From contig NZ_AP014945.1 in NCBI RefSeq assembly GCF_001548275.1, forward strand, positions 1,410,001 through 1,442,000: 32,000 nt of DNA, read 5' to 3'. The notes beneath the pieces are model-generated. The model was given only the letters and a program-made list of their open reading frames with translations, was not told the origin of the DNA and made no database searches. Source of the stretch: Caldimicrobium thiodismutans (GTDB lineage: Bacteria > Desulfobacterota > Thermodesulfobacteria > Thermodesulfobacteriales > Thermodesulfobacteriaceae). Each line of letters opens with the position of its first letter. Within the stretch, counting starts at the first letter, position 1. Shown here in pieces: positions 24,379 to 32,000 of the stretch. The position numbers and the translations under genes were made by a program.

Positions 24379-26050
24379 TCAGAAAGGGTCTTCCATCATA
24401 TTTGTTAATATGATGTTTAATTGTAAGGCCGGTTTCCATTTTTAAAAGCCTTGCAAACTGACTGGTTGCATTCTGCTCAATGTTTATTACCAATTTGGCT
24501 TTTTCAAGAAGTCTTTGCCAGGTTTTATCCTCTGAAAAGGGATAGATCTCACTGAAATGAAGCATGCAAACAGGGTGGTCCTTCTTAAGAATATCTACTA
24601 CCTCTTTAACTATTCCGTATAGGGAACCCCAGCATATCAAAACAATCTCAGGGTCCTCTGCTCCATAAAAAAGGGGTTGGGAAATTTCCTTTTTGATTAA
24701 AGAAAGTTTTTTGAAAAGTCTTTTTTCAACCATCTTTTTTCGGATTTCTGCATCCTCTATCAAGTGGCCTTCTTCATCATGTTCATCGCTGTCAGTAATA
24801 ATTAAATGAGTTGATGTTCCAGGTATTCCAAGAGGAGAAATTCCTGTTTCTGTAAAAAGGTGTCTTTTATAAACCTCTATTTTTTGAAGCTCTTCACCGG
24901 TCAATCGGTAATTCTTATAAATCAATCTGGAGGTATCTATTTTTGAATAACTCCATTGAGAATCTGCCAGATACTGATCTATCAGGATGATAGAGATCAC
25001 TTGATACTTTTCTGCAAGATCAAAAGCCTTATTTGTTAGGTGGAGAGCCTGTTCAGGGGTGCCTGGAGCAAAAACAATTTTTGGAAATTCTCCATGCCCT
25101 GAAAAGAGAGCAAATAAAAGATCGCCTTGTTCAGTTCTTGTGGGAAGACCTGTTGCAGGGCCTGGTCTTTGAGCAAGAACAATTACTATAGGGGTCTCTG
25201 TCATGCCAGCCAAGGCTAAACCCTCAACCATTAAAGCAAATCCTCCCCCAGAAGTTCCTGTCATGGATCTAACCCCAGCATAGGAAGCGCCAATAATCAT
25301 ATTAATGGCAGCAATTTCATCTTCAGCTTGCTCTACCATGATATTAAACTCTTCAGCATGTTCTGCAATAAAATTGAAAATTCCCGTTGAAGGGGTCATG
25401 GGATAGGCCGCATAGAATTTTACATTGGCTGAAAGAGCTCCAATTCCAATAGCTTCTGTTCCAGTGATTAAATATTTGCTTTCACTAAAGGAAGCCAAAG
25501 AAAAATTACAGGCTAAACATTTTTCTTTGGCATAGTTATAGCCTTCCTCAGCTGCCCTTAAGTTGGCCTCAAGGACTTCTTTTCCTTTTTTGTAAAAGGT
25601 TTTCTTTAAAAGATCATACATAATCTCAGGAGACATCCCAAGCATTCCTATTACAGCCCCTACAGCCACAGTATTAGCAGTAATTGGAGAGCCGCCTTTT
25701 GTTCTGGCAATCTCAAAAAGAGGAACATCAAGAAATCTTGGGTCTTCAAATTTATCTTTAAGATGGGAAGAATCGTAGAGAACTTGGCCTGTGGAATCAA
25801 GTTCTTCAAAATGAAGAGGAATGCTTTCCTTGTCAAGGGCAAGAAGAAGATGAATCTTTCTTTTTGAGGCACTTACCGGTTTATCAGAAAATCTGATCTG
25901 ATAAAAGTTATGCCCTCCTCTTATGCGTGATTCATAATCCTGATGGGTAAAAACATAATAGCCTGCTTTAGAAAAAATGTGAGCTAAAAGATCTCCGATG
26001 GTCTGTATCCCTTGACCAGCTTCTCCACCAATTTTTATAGAATAATCCAT
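24332..26050 (-). CDS. korA: 2-oxoacid:ferredoxin oxidoreductase alpha subunit (gamma-alpha fusion type)
   Basis: N-terminal gamma-like IKIGGEAGQGIQTIG followed by an alpha domain (AAYPMTPST). 572 aa. Two-subunit KorAB architecture. Confidence 0.85.
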   Translation of the reverse strand: MDYSIKIGGEAGQGIQTIGDLLAHIFSKAGYYVFTHQDYESRIRGGHNFYQIRFSDKPVSASKRKIHLLLALDKESIPLHFEELDSTGQVLYDSSHLKDKFEDPRFLDVPLFEIARTKGGSPITANTVAVGAVIGMLGMSPEIMYDLLKKTFYKKGKEVLEANLRAAEEGYNYAKEKCLACNFSLASFSESKYLITGTEAIGIGALSANVKFYAAYPMTPSTGIFNFIAEHAEEFNIMVEQAEDEIAAINMIIGASYAGVRSMTGTSGGGFALMVEGLALAGMTETPIVIVLAQRPGPATGLPTRTEQGDLLFALFSGHGEFPKIVFAPGTPEQALHLTNKAFDLAEKYQVISIILIDQYLADSQWSYSKIDTSRLIYKNYRLTGEELQKIEVYKRHLFTETGISPLGIPGTSTHLIITDSDEHDEEGHLIEDAEIRKKMVEKRLFKKLSLIKKEISQPLFYGAEDPEIVLICWGSLYGIVKEVVDILKKDHPVCMLHFSEIYPFSEDKTWQRLLEKAKLVINIEQNATSQFARLLKMETGLTIKHHINKYDGRPFLIEEMEEKIRGLIKGF

Positions 26051-26135
26051 ACTTCAAAGTAATTAAAAGAAAATATTTTTTAATTAGAATACTTTTGAGA
26101 TTAGCAAAAGTCAAGAGTCAATTTGAAAAAAATTT

Positions 26136-26279
26136 TTAAAGGCCAAGGCCTTTGATTAAGATGTAGGCAATAAGAATGGCTCCTGTGATTCTTAGGATCC
26201 AGAGATACCAGGGACTTTCTCTGAGATAGGTAAAGACAAATCTTTTATAACGCTTCCAGAGGCTTTGCTTTTCACTCAT
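26136..26279 (-). CDS. Small single-TM protein (47 aa), translationally coupled to hpt
   Basis: My own translation: MSEKQSLWKRYKRFVFTYLRESPWYLWILRITGAILIAYILIKGLGL. Its ATG overlaps the hpt TGA (ATGA at 26279-26276). Confidence 0.4.
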   Translation of the reverse strand: MSEKQSLWKRYKRFVFTYLRESPWYLWILRITGAILIAYILIKGLGL

Positions 26280-26800
26280 CTTTTAATAACCTCATAAATT
26301 CCTGGAAGATGCCTGTATTTTTCAGCGTAATCAAGGCCATATCCCACGAGAAAGCCTCTCTCCAAGGTAAAACCCACATAATCAACCTTTACCTCAACCT
26401 TGCGTCTTTCCTTTTTGTCAATCAGGGCGCAGACTTTCAAAGCTTTGGGTTTATGAAGACTTAAATGCTTCAGTAGAAAGCTTAGCGTGAGCCCTGTATC
26501 CACTATATCCTCAACAACAATAACATTTTTGCCCTCTATGGGAAGCTCTATATCTTTGGTAATAACTACTTCACCCGAGGATGTGTCTGAAAGCCCATAG
26601 CTTTTTACTCGCACAAAGTCTATTTGCACCTCTTTTCCTTTTAACTTTCTGGCAAGGTCGGATAGAAAGATGAAGGCTCCTTTAAGGGTTCCTATCAAGA
26701 CAAGGGGCTCCTTTAAAAAATCTTTTTCAATAGTTTCAGAAAGCTCTTTTACCCTTTTTTGAATGGTCTCAGGAGAAAGGAGCTCTTTTAACTCTTCCAT
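26276..26800 (-). CDS. hpt: Hypoxanthine(-guanine) phosphoribosyltransferase
   Basis: PRPP-binding motif VIVVEDIVDTGLT. 174 aa. Confidence 0.9.
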   Translation of the reverse strand: MEELKELLSPETIQKRVKELSETIEKDFLKEPLVLIGTLKGAFIFLSDLARKLKGKEVQIDFVRVKSYGLSDTSSGEVVITKDIELPIEGKNVIVVEDIVDTGLTLSFLLKHLSLHKPKALKVCALIDKKERRKVEVKVDYVGFTLERGFLVGYGLDYAEKYRHLPGIYEVIKR

Positions 26801-26818
26801 GGCTTAGCTCTTTTTAGA

Positions 26819-29233
26819 TTATACATCAAGCTCTCTATATTCCAAGGCATGTTCATAGATAAATTCTTTACGGGGCTCCACATTTTCCCCCATAAGCACA
26901 GAGAACATCTCATCTGCCTTTTCTGCATCCTGAATAGTTACCCTTTTAAGGATTCTCTTTTGGGGATCCATGGTGGTTTCCCAGAGTTGCTGAGAGTTCA
27001 TTTCCCCAAGGCCTTTATATCTCTGAATGTAAAGCCCCTTTCTTCCTTCTTCCCGTAAAAAGGTAAGAATTTCCGTTAAGTGGAGGAGAAAGTCAGAAAA
27101 TACTTTTTGGGTCTCCTTTAATTTAATTTCAAGGTCAAGCCCTGCGTAATCTCTCAGAGTATCAAATATTCTTGAGGCCTCTCTATAGTCTTTCTCTAAA
27201 ATTAATTCAGGCCCAATTTTACAAAAGCTATAGGTGTCCCCCTGGGAATAAAGGTAAAATTCAAAGTATTTGGGATTATAGGTGCTACTTTTGACCCTGG
27301 AAATTTTGAAGTTTAAGGCCTTGGCAGATTGAGAAAGTTTTTCAACTACTTCTTCAGACTCAAAATCTGTCAGGGCCTTTATGTTTTCTTTGAGAAGCAG
27401 TAAAACCACCTTGGGGGGATAATTTTTCTTGGTAAGATTGAGGAGATTTTTTTCCAGATGGGACAGATTTTGAAAAAATTTGATAGGCTCTTTGATTTCA
27501 CTGATAGGACTTCCCTCCTTTTTGACTAAAACCTTCAAATCTCCCAGAATTCTTTTAAAAATATATCTATCCAGTTCTTCGTCATTTTTGATATAGGTCT
27601 CTTTTTTTCCTTCGGCTACTCTGTAAAGAGGAGGTTGAGCAATGTAAAGCCAGCCCCTTTCAATAATTTCAGGCATCTGGCGATAGAAAAAAGTCAAAAG
27701 CAGGGTGCGAATATGAGCTCCATCTACATCGGCATCGGTCATAAGGATGATCTTATGATATTTACAGCGATCTGCATTAAAGCTATCAGGGCCAATGCCT
27801 GTTCCAAGGCTTGCAATGAGGCTTTTTATTTCCTCTGAGGCAAGCATCTTTTCAAAATTGGCCTTTTCCACATTAAGGATTTTTCCTCGCAGAGGCAGTA
27901 TAGCCTGAAATTTTCTATCTCTTGCCTGTTTGGCCGAGCCTCCAGCTGAGTCTCCTTCAACTATAAAAAGTTCTCTGTTTTCTGGGGTCCTTTCAGTGCA
28001 GTCAGCCAGTTTACCAGCTGTAAGAAATTCTTCAATCTCACTCTTTTTTCTAACAAGTTCTTTGGCTTTACGGGAGGCCTCTCTGGCCTTAGCAGAAGTA
28101 ATAACCTTTTGAAGAATCTTTTTGGCCTCTCCTGGATTTTCTTCAAAAAATTTAAGGAGTCCTTCATAAACGAGGGATTCAACAAGGGGTTTGACCTCGC
28201 TATTTCCTAATTTCATTTTGGTCTGTCCTTCAAACTGAGGCTCTGGCACTTTCAGGGAGATAACTGCAGTTAGGCCCTCACGAACATCTTCTCCCTCAAC
28301 TTTGATTTTGAATTGCTTAGGGAGTTTTTCTGAGTCAAGATATCTATTTACAGCTTTAGTAAGGGCAGCTCTAAAACCAACCACATGGGTTCCACCTTCT
28401 TTGGTATGAATGTTATTTACATAGCTGTAAATGGTTTCGGTATATCCTGAGTTATATTGAAGGGCAACCTCAACAACAATATTGTCCTTTTCCCCGGAGA
28501 TGGTAATAACTTTATTGTGAAGGGCTTCTTTTTTTTGATTTAGTGCCTTGACAAGTTCTGCAATCCCCCCTTTATAGTGAAACTTTTCAGCATACCCAAT
28601 CCGTTCATCCATGAGGTAAAATTTTACCTGGGGATTTAAATAAGCAAGTTCTTTTATCCTTTTGGAGACAATCTCTAAGTCAAATTCAAGATTACTTCCA
28701 AAGATCTCCGGATCTGGTTTAAAGCAAACCTTGGTTCCGTGCTTTGAGGTCTGACCAATGGTTGTAACTACTCCGTCAGGGACACCTCTTTTGTAACTCT
28801 GAAAGTAAATTTTTCCATCTCTATAGACCTCGGCTTTTAACCATTCGGAAAGGGCATTAACAACAGAAACCCCTACTCCGTGAAGCCCACCTGAAACTTT
28901 GTAGGCCCCGTGGTCAAACTTAGCCCCAGCATGAAGCCTTGTCATAACTATTTCTAAGGCTGAGATACCCTCTTCAGGATGGATATCAACGGGGATCCCT
29001 CTTCCATTGTCCTCTACACAGGCAGACCCATCTTTGTTAAGGCTTACCTTTATTTCTGAAGCATATCCAGCTAAGGCTTCATCAACAGCATTATCAAGCA
29101 CTTCCCAGAGAAGGTGGTGAAACCCATAAATGTCCGTTGAACCTATATACATAGCAGGCCTGACTCTAACTCCTTCAAGGCCTGTTAAAACCTTTATACT
29201 TTCAGCTTCATATCTTTCCATGAAAGACTTCAC
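26819..29233 (-). CDS. gyrB: DNA gyrase subunit B
   Basis: GHKL ATPase motifs (VLDNAVDEA, GLHGVGVSVVNALS). Toprim EGDSAGGSAKQARDR, PLRGKILNVEKA, DADVDGAHIRTLLLTFF. 804 aa. Confidence 0.95.
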   Translation of the reverse strand: MKSFMERYEAESIKVLTGLEGVRVRPAMYIGSTDIYGFHHLLWEVLDNAVDEALAGYASEIKVSLNKDGSACVEDNGRGIPVDIHPEEGISALEIVMTRLHAGAKFDHGAYKVSGGLHGVGVSVVNALSEWLKAEVYRDGKIYFQSYKRGVPDGVVTTIGQTSKHGTKVCFKPDPEIFGSNLEFDLEIVSKRIKELAYLNPQVKFYLMDERIGYAEKFHYKGGIAELVKALNQKKEALHNKVITISGEKDNIVVEVALQYNSGYTETIYSYVNNIHTKEGGTHVVGFRAALTKAVNRYLDSEKLPKQFKIKVEGEDVREGLTAVISLKVPEPQFEGQTKMKLGNSEVKPLVESLVYEGLLKFFEENPGEAKKILQKVITSAKAREASRKAKELVRKKSEIEEFLTAGKLADCTERTPENRELFIVEGDSAGGSAKQARDRKFQAILPLRGKILNVEKANFEKMLASEEIKSLIASLGTGIGPDSFNADRCKYHKIILMTDADVDGAHIRTLLLTFFYRQMPEIIERGWLYIAQPPLYRVAEGKKETYIKNDEELDRYIFKRILGDLKVLVKKEGSPISEIKEPIKFFQNLSHLEKNLLNLTKKNYPPKVVLLLLKENIKALTDFESEEVVEKLSQSAKALNFKISRVKSSTYNPKYFEFYLYSQGDTYSFCKIGPELILEKDYREASRIFDTLRDYAGLDLEIKLKETQKVFSDFLLHLTEILTFLREEGRKGLYIQRYKGLGEMNSQQLWETTMDPQKRILKRVTIQDAEKADEMFSVLMGENVEPRKEFIYEHALEYRELDV

Positions 29234-29256
29234 CCCTTGAAGATTTTTGTTCAGGT

Positions 29257-30378
29257 CTAAATTACCATAGGCATAAGAAGATAAAGGAAACCCTCATCTC
29301 GAAAGCCTGTTATCAGGGCAGGGGATCTCTCATCATTAATTTTTACCTCAACTTCTTCGGACTTCATATTCTCCAAGGCTGAGATAAGATAGACAGCATT
29401 GAAACTTATAGTTAAAGGAGAACCTTCATATTCTGCACTAAGCCTAATCCTTGCTCTGGAGGTATCTCCCTCAGGGGAGGAGATGGTGATTTCGGAAGAA
29501 GTAAGACTTAAGCGGATAGGTTTGAATTTTTCAGAGATTACATTGGAGGCTCTTTTGCAGGCATCCAGAAAGAGTTTTCTATCAATTTTGAGTTTATTTT
29601 GAAAATCCTGGGGTATAACCGCCCTATAATCTGGAAAGGAGCCTTCAATGGTTCTGGTAAAGAAAAAGCCATCGCTAAAAAAGAGCACAACATAGTTATT
29701 AACAAAGCCAAATTTGACTATAAGCTCCTCCTCGGAAAGATCAGCCATCATATCAGCCCCTTTTTTGCTGATGATGAATCCTTCTTTAAGCGAGGAGCTA
29801 TCAAGCCCGAGAACCTCTCTGTCCAAAAGGGCAAGTCTGTGTCCGTCTGAGGCAACAGCCCGAAGAACTCCTTTTTCTCGCATAGGTTCAAGATAGATCC
29901 CTCCCAGGACAAATCTGGCCTCATCCTTTGAGGCTGAAAAGATGGTGCTTCTAATAAGTTCAGTTAGGACCTTTCCAGGAATTTCAAGGAGATTTTCTTC
30001 ATAAAATTCAGGGAGACTTGGAAATTCTTCACTATCCATGACTGAAAGCTCGTAGAGCTCCTTTTCTTCTTCATCTCTTATGATGAGACGAGAGTCCTCT
30101 TTAAGGAGATAGACCTCCTCTTCAGGAAAGTCTTTAATTATTTCAAGGAATCTTCGGCAGGGGACGCAAAAGGAGAGCCTTTCTCCTTCAATATCTGCAG
30201 GCACTCTTCCTCTGAAACCCTGTTCAAGGTCAGTTGTAGTGATATAGAGGGTTTTTTCTTCTGGTTCAAAGTTGAGAAGAGCCATTGAGAGAACAGCCAT
30301 GGAGGCCTTTTTATCAGCTACTCCATCTGCCCTTTTTAGAAGCTTTTCAAGGTGCGATTTGTCAAGTTTAGCCTGCAT
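29257..30378 (-). CDS. dnaN: DNA polymerase III beta sliding clamp
   Basis: 373 aa, three-domain length. Typical N-terminus (...L...L......VA.K....VL) and C-terminal LLMPM. Lies immediately upstream of gyrB. Confidence 0.85.
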   Translation of the reverse strand: MQAKLDKSHLEKLLKRADGVADKKASMAVLSMALLNFEPEEKTLYITTTDLEQGFRGRVPADIEGERLSFCVPCRRFLEIIKDFPEEEVYLLKEDSRLIIRDEEEKELYELSVMDSEEFPSLPEFYEENLLEIPGKVLTELIRSTIFSASKDEARFVLGGIYLEPMREKGVLRAVASDGHRLALLDREVLGLDSSSLKEGFIISKKGADMMADLSEEELIVKFGFVNNYVVLFFSDGFFFTRTIEGSFPDYRAVIPQDFQNKLKIDRKLFLDACKRASNVISEKFKPIRLSLTSSEITISSPEGDTSRARIRLSAEYEGSPLTISFNAVYLISALENMKSEEVEVKINDERSPALITGFRDEGFLYLLMPMVI

Positions 30379-30511
30379 AGGAGCCCCCTTGCGTGAAAAT
30401 TTTTATATATTATAGCACAATCCCCTTTTTTGTCACCCTTTTTAGGGATTTTGCCCTTTATTTTTTGAATTTTTTGAATATAATAAAAAGAAAACATGCG
30501 GAGGAAGATAA

Positions 30512-31198
30512 ATGCAAGGCCCTAACCTTAGCTCTGAAGAGCTGAATGAGGCAATTAAAGGGGTTTTTCGGAGTAGTTTTGGGGAGGAATTCAAAGAAAG
30601 TATTAGCGCTGAGATATGGGCAAAACTTGAGGAAAAGTTTCTTGAATTTATGGAAAATAGGCTAAAGATAAGTGTTGAGCGACAAAAGGAGTTAACTCTT
30701 CTTGAGAGAATTGTTCGTGTGGAAGAGGAATTGAAGGCTTTAAGGGAGCTTGAAGAAAAGAGATTTGAAAGTTTGATGAGAGAGATGAATGCAAGATTTG
30801 AGGCTATGAATGAAAGGTTTGAGGCCTCACAGAAGGAGATGAACACCCGCTTTGAGGCTACGAATGCCAGATTTGAGGCTTTACAGAAGGATATGAACAC
30901 TCGCTTTGAGGCTTTACAGAAAGAAATGAATACTCGCTTTGAAGCTATGAATGCCAGATTTGAGGCTTTACAAATAGACATGAACACCCGCTTTGAGGCT
31001 ATGAATGCTAGATTTGAGGCTTTGCAGAGGGATATGAACAGCCGCTTTGAGGCTCTGCAGAAGGAGATGAATGCCCGCTTTGAGGCTATGAATGCCAGAT
31101 TTGAGGCTTTAGAAAAGCGGATGAATTTTATGCAATGGCTGATCACAGGGGGCTTTGCCTTCTTGGGGGTGCTTTTAGCCCTTCTTAAGTTTCTTTAA
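30512..31198 (+). CDS. Tail-anchored coiled-coil protein, long paralog (12 MNxRFEA heptads with six 4-residue inserts + C-terminal TM)
   Basis: SD GGAGGAAG upstream. The N-terminal 90 aa are homologous to ORF 3779..4180. Same C-terminal LEKRMNFMQWLITGGFAFLGVLLALLKFL. Confidence 0.8.
   Translation: MQGPNLSSEELNEAIKGVFRSSFGEEFKESISAEIWAKLEEKFLEFMENRLKISVERQKELTLLERIVRVEEELKALRELEEKRFESLMREMNARFEAMNERFEASQKEMNTRFEATNARFEALQKDMNTRFEALQKEMNTRFEAMNARFEALQIDMNTRFEAMNARFEALQRDMNSRFEALQKEMNARFEAMNARFEALEKRMNFMQWLITGGFAFLGVLLALLKFL
30785..31108 (+). repeat. In-frame tandem coding repeat (21-nt heptad units, 33/54-nt higher-order units)
   Basis: ATGAAyrCyCGCTTTGAGGCT-type units are visible directly and encode MNxRFEA x12, separated by SQKE/LQKD/LQKE/LQID/LQRD/LQKE. 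Confidence 0.9.
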
Positions 31199-31277
31199 AG
31201 AATTTTGTTAATTCTATCTTTCCTTCTGGCTCTTAGATTCAAATTTTTTCCCTTTATATTTTTTCCAATTTTTGAGG

Positions 31278-31306
31278 TTGACCCAGAGGAAAATAATAAT
31301 TATGAT
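31278..31306 (+). promoter_or_regulatory. Sigma-70-type promoter upstream of copA
   Basis: TTGACC (31278-83), 17-nt spacer, TATGAT (31301-06), 33 nt upstream of ATG 31339. Confidence 0.45.
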
Positions 31307-31338
31307 ATTTAAAGTTTTAAGAAGTTGAGAGGGATGCT

Positions 31339-32000
31339 ATGGAAAGGGTTACCCTTAAAGTTGAGGGAATGACTTGTGTAAATTGTGCTAAGGCTATTGA
31401 GATCTCCTTACAAAAACTTAAAGGTGTAAAAAGGGTTGAGGTCTCTTTTGAACTTGGAAGGGTCTCTGTGGATTTTGAAGAGGAGTTTTTAAGTCTTGAA
31501 GAAATAAAGAAAGTTATTGAAGACCTTGGATATAAAGTAGCTTCTGGTGTCAAAAAGAAGGACTATCAAAGGGAAATCCTTGGCTTTTCCTTTCTAGCAA
31601 GTCTGGCAATTATGGGGCTCATGTTTTATCATCATCCCGTTAGCCTCTTTCTTCAGGCTTTACTCAGTATCTCTATTCAAATTATTGGTGGTTACAGATT
31701 TTATAAAGGGGCTTATGCAAGCCTTCGGGCAGGGATTGGGAACATGGATGTCCTTGTTGCCCTTGGAACCACATCAGCCCTTATTTATAGTCTTCTTGCC
31801 GTATTTAAGTTCCTTCCAGGGGAGCCCTTTTTTGAGACCAATGCTTTTCTCATTGCCTTTGTGAGGCTTGGAAAATACATTGAAGAGCGATCAAGAACCC
31901 GGGCCCTGAATCTTCTCAAAGAGCTTTTTGCTATACAAACCGCAAAGGTTATAATCTTAACCCCTGATGGAGAAAAAGAGGTATCTGTGAGTGAGGTTCT
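31339..32000 (+). CDS. copA: Heavy-metal (Cu+/Ag+-type) translocating P-type ATPase, N-terminal part (runs off the window)
   Basis: My own translation: MERVTLKVEGMTCVNCAKAIE... This is an HMA domain with GMTCxxC, followed by TM helices (GNMDVLVALGTTSALIYS). No stop before nt 32000. Confidence 0.85.
   Translation, partial: MERVTLKVEGMTCVNCAKAIEISLQKLKGVKRVEVSFELGRVSVDFEEEFLSLEEIKKVIEDLGYKVASGVKKKDYQREILGFSFLASLAIMGLMFYHHPVSLFLQALLSISIQIIGGYRFYKGAYASLRAGIGNMDVLVALGTTSALIYSLLAVFKFLPGEPFFETNAFLIAFVRLGKYIEERSRTRALNLLKELFAIQTAKVIILTPDGEKEVSVSEV

Noticed and set aside
26136-26160. AAAGGCC-AA-GGCCTTT palindrome as a terminator downstream of hpt
   Set aside because: The 2-nt loop is sterically impossible and the usable stem is only ~5 bp. 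It lies within the 3' end of the candidate 47-aa ORF.
30379-30511. Possible oriC / DnaA-box cluster upstream of dnaN
   Set aside because: No TTATCCACA-like 9-mers could be found by eye. The region is only 133 nt and is taken up by divergent promoter and RBS sequences.
30785-31108. Regular 33/54-nt periodic repeats that look superficially like a CRISPR array
   Set aside because: The units are contiguous, with no unique spacers of CRISPR size. They are in-frame, and they encode a consistent heptad/hendecad protein repeat inside a long ORF.
30442-31146. 234-aa minus-strand ORF antisense to the long coiled-coil gene; likewise 3763..4170 antisense to the short paralog
   Set aside because: Shadow ORFs. 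Their Ser/Phe/Ala/Lys-rich repeats (ASNLAFIASKRVFISF...) are just the complement of the MNxRFEA repeat. They have no SD, whereas the plus-strand genes have strong SDs and a coherent coiled-coil plus TM architecture.
31317-31553. 78-aa minus-strand ORF
   Set aside because: It lies antisense within the clearly recognisable copA HMA domain (GMTCVNC) reading frame.

Overview
AT-rich bacterial chromosomal segment whose proteins are rich in Glu/Lys/Ile, as in thermophiles. The gene content (two-subunit 2-oxoacid:ferredoxin oxidoreductase, YeeE/TusA/DsrE-like sulfur relay, sigma-54 regulator) suggests an anaerobic sulfur-metabolising lineage such as Thermodesulfobacteriota; this is inference only. 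About 35 closely packed genes. Housekeeping genes: gmhA, tsaD, trmI, an in-frame ybeY-pdxJ ORF, ugd, a PBP5-type carboxypeptidase, polX, hpt, gyrB, dnaN, korAB and a partial copA. I saw no rRNA, tRNA, CRISPR array, transposase or integrase. Most interesting: (1) a self-contained five-gene YeeE-TusA-DsrE-like-CHP-CHP operon (18.1-20.6 kb) matching the bioinformatically proposed but biochemically uncharacterised 'YTD' cluster of sulfur disproportionators. (2) Directly downstream, a compact operon of cytochrome c with a Cys-terminated tail, two mini-TM peptides, a 4-TM His-rich membrane protein, two small proteins and a tandem HxlR regulator, convergent with a cytochrome P460/c'-beta gene. (3) Two paralogous tail-anchored coiled-coil proteins 26.7 kb apart that differ by an expansion of MNxRFEA heptad/hendecad repeats and share a 99-nt near-identical block. 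(4) A modular ~200-nt intergenic element present twice. (5) A polX / CBS-PAS-GAF-GGDEF / truncated uvrA-like operon. All calls rest on reading the ORF translations and motifs by eye; no searches were run.
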